Shown here in pieces: positions 62,408-64,000 of a stretch of DNA of 64,000 nucleotides. A program made the position numbers and the translations under genes. Within the stretch, counting starts at the first letter, position 1. The number at the start of each line of letters is the position of its first letter. Source of the DNA: Candidatus Hydrogenedentota bacterium (GTDB lineage: Bacteria; Hydrogenedentota; Hydrogenedentia; Hydrogenedentales; SLHB01); assembly GCA_963668025.2 (NCBI GenBank), contig CAXXTH010000010.1, positions 736,001 to 800,000 on the forward strand. The letters run 5' to 3'. The notes beneath the pieces were generated by a model that saw only the letters and a program-made list of their open reading frames with translations, searched no databases and had not been told where the DNA came from.

Positions 62408-63325
62408 CTATTCTTCTGGCAAGGGAAGGGATGCAGGCCTGGGAGGGGCTGGATTTTGACGGGATTCAATGAGTTGACTCCAACGGTTTTGCCGTTTTTG
62501 GAGATGTTCCATGAATTCAGCGAAGAGCTCCGACATGCGTTCGCCAGGCCTATCGCTCGCGGATTGATCAAGCACGGCGGCGAACGAATTCAGCAGCAGG
62601 TCAATTTCACTCATGGACAATGCATCGTAATGGCGCATCACCATTTTATCTACGGCGATCCGCAAGCGCCCGCGCATGCGCCGCTCTTCCGCGTTGACTT
62701 GAGGAGTGCGCGTTTCAAGTGATTTCCGCAAGGAAATGTTCGAGATCCGAATCTCGGTGGAGCTCGCTGGCGTTGCCATGTCTTGTTCTGGCGCTGGGAA
62801 AGCGTGCTCTTTCTTTACAGGTTCGCTTGAGGGGGATGGATAGGCCAGCGTGGCGGCGTAATCACTTAAGCCTTGCGCGGCGAATGAGATGGCTTCATCG
62901 GATAGATCCGGGCCTTGTTTTGCCAGACTGCCGGGAAGCCCCAGTTCATCGCAAGGCGAGGAGGCGTTATCTTGCATCAGATCAAACAACATGGGTGGAA
63001 GATCAACTCCCCGCCGTTCCGCGCGCCGACGCTGCCGGTCGAGTTCCTGTTCGCAGGCGGCTTGCCGGGCTTTCGTCGCGTCCAGAGCTACTTCAAGGCG
63101 GGAAAGAATGCGGTTCCATTTTCGGATGTCGTGGGCCTCTTGCTGCCGCCGTTCATCGGCCAGTTCGAGCAGCTCGCGCACCCGTAATTCGGCTTCCCGC
63201 GCCTGGGAATGCATACGCATGGCCCGTTGGTATTCATCTTCGATATGCTGCGTGGGAACATCACCCATAGGTCTTCCGTTCTTCTCCCCCCATGCTATGG
63301 TAGCATCAGTATACCAGATTTTCAC
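62408..63325 (-). CDS. Hypothetical coiled-coil protein
   Basis: 305-aa ORF with a heptad-rich N-half; start uncertain. Confidence 0.6.
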   Translation of the reverse strand: MKIWYTDATIAWGEKNGRPMGDVPTQHIEDEYQRAMRMHSQAREAELRVRELLELADERRQQEAHDIRKWNRILSRLEVALDATKARQAACEQELDRQRRRAERRGVDLPPMLFDLMQDNASSPCDELGLPGSLAKQGPDLSDEAISFAAQGLSDYAATLAYPSPSSEPVKKEHAFPAPEQDMATPASSTEIRISNISLRKSLETRTPQVNAEERRMRGRLRIAVDKMVMRHYDALSMSEIDLLLNSFAAVLDQSASDRPGERMSELFAEFMEHLQKRQNRWSQLIESRQNPAPPRPASLPLPEE

Positions 63326-63415
63326 TGTCTGGTTGCGAACCCATTATATGCTCAGGCTTAAAAAAAAACTCTTTACCACTGTGTGCGGCGTTGTTTGGAT
63401 AGCCGTGCGAGGGCA

Positions 63416-64000
63416 TTATTCGGCAGGCAAATCCTGGCCGCCGGGCAGGAGGGCATATGGTGCGGCAATGGGGGGCTCCAGGCGCACGCGTAGAGCAAAA
63501 CCAGAGCCGGATTGCTTGATAAGCTCTACCGTATCGCGGGGCCTTTTTTCGGGTTCATTCAAGCTGGCCGAGGCATAGGGCCAGCAGGCAACATCGATAG
63601 GCCGTTTGCCTTTGATGGCTATTTCGCCGCCTTCATCCGGCCAGGGAGTGGGATGGAAAGACACCTGCATTTCATTGGCGGGGAAATAGTGCATGGGCGC
63701 GGCTGCCTGGCAGGGGAGCGCTTTGCTGAATAGCGTGTCTTGCGAAATGGCGTCCGACAAGCATAGGGGCGCGCCTTTGTAAAATTGGTAATCCGGGCAC
63801 ACCAGCAGCGGTTTTTCAGATGCTTGAGCGGCGGCTTCCTGTTGGAAGCGTTGTACGGTTTGCGAGGCGCTCCGCCATGCGAAATCCCGATTGATCTGCA
63901 TGCCGAAATAGATGGCGCATAAGATGGTTGTGGCGGAGACCATGGTCGTGCGCCAGCGTTCGTTTTCCATGATGCGAAGGCACAGCGCCACGAACGCCAC
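63416..64000 (-). CDS. C-terminal part of a membrane protein (5' end outside window)
   Basis: Open frame from the window edge, transmembrane helices then a soluble domain. Confidence 0.6.
   Translation of the reverse strand: MAFVALCLRIMENERWRTTMVSATTILCAIYFGMQINRDFAWRSASQTVQRFQQEAAAQASEKPLLVCPDYQFYKGAPLCLSDAISQDTLFSKALPCQAAAPMHYFPANEMQVSFHPTPWPDEGGEIAIKGKRPIDVACWPYASASLNEPEKRPRDTVELIKQSGSGFALRVRLEPPIAAPYALLPGGQDLPAE

Overview
GC-rich bacterial chromosome segment. A DUF1559 prepilin-like gene, a C-terminal sorting-signal protein and many secreted carbohydrate-active-like proteins suggest Candidatus Hydrogenedentota or a PVC-like lineage (inference only). The backbone carries glycoside-hydrolase-like genes, a thiF-thiG-thiH-MTase-thiS-thiE cluster, a sugar ABC transporter, TM1266-hydG, a hybrid histidine kinase, an FAD/Fe-S oxidoreductase, a frameshifted sulfatase and a phytase. 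Mobile DNA comprises four IS types with ends resolved by eye, an internally deleted IS200 copy, a group IIC intron and several REP-like families. The main find is a ~10.8-kb element (12.3 kb with an IS66) integrated at tRNA-Lys(UUU). It has a phage-satellite backbone (integrase, excisionase, AlpA-like, zinc-finger plus Toprim/DUF3987 replicase, iterons). Its structural module is unusual: a protease-major capsid fusion, a short tape-measure-like protein and a tail-completion-like protein, with no recognisable terminase or portal. A second highlight is a candidate terminator/antiterminator leader upstream of TM1266-hydG. All family calls come from motif recognition by eye, not database searches.
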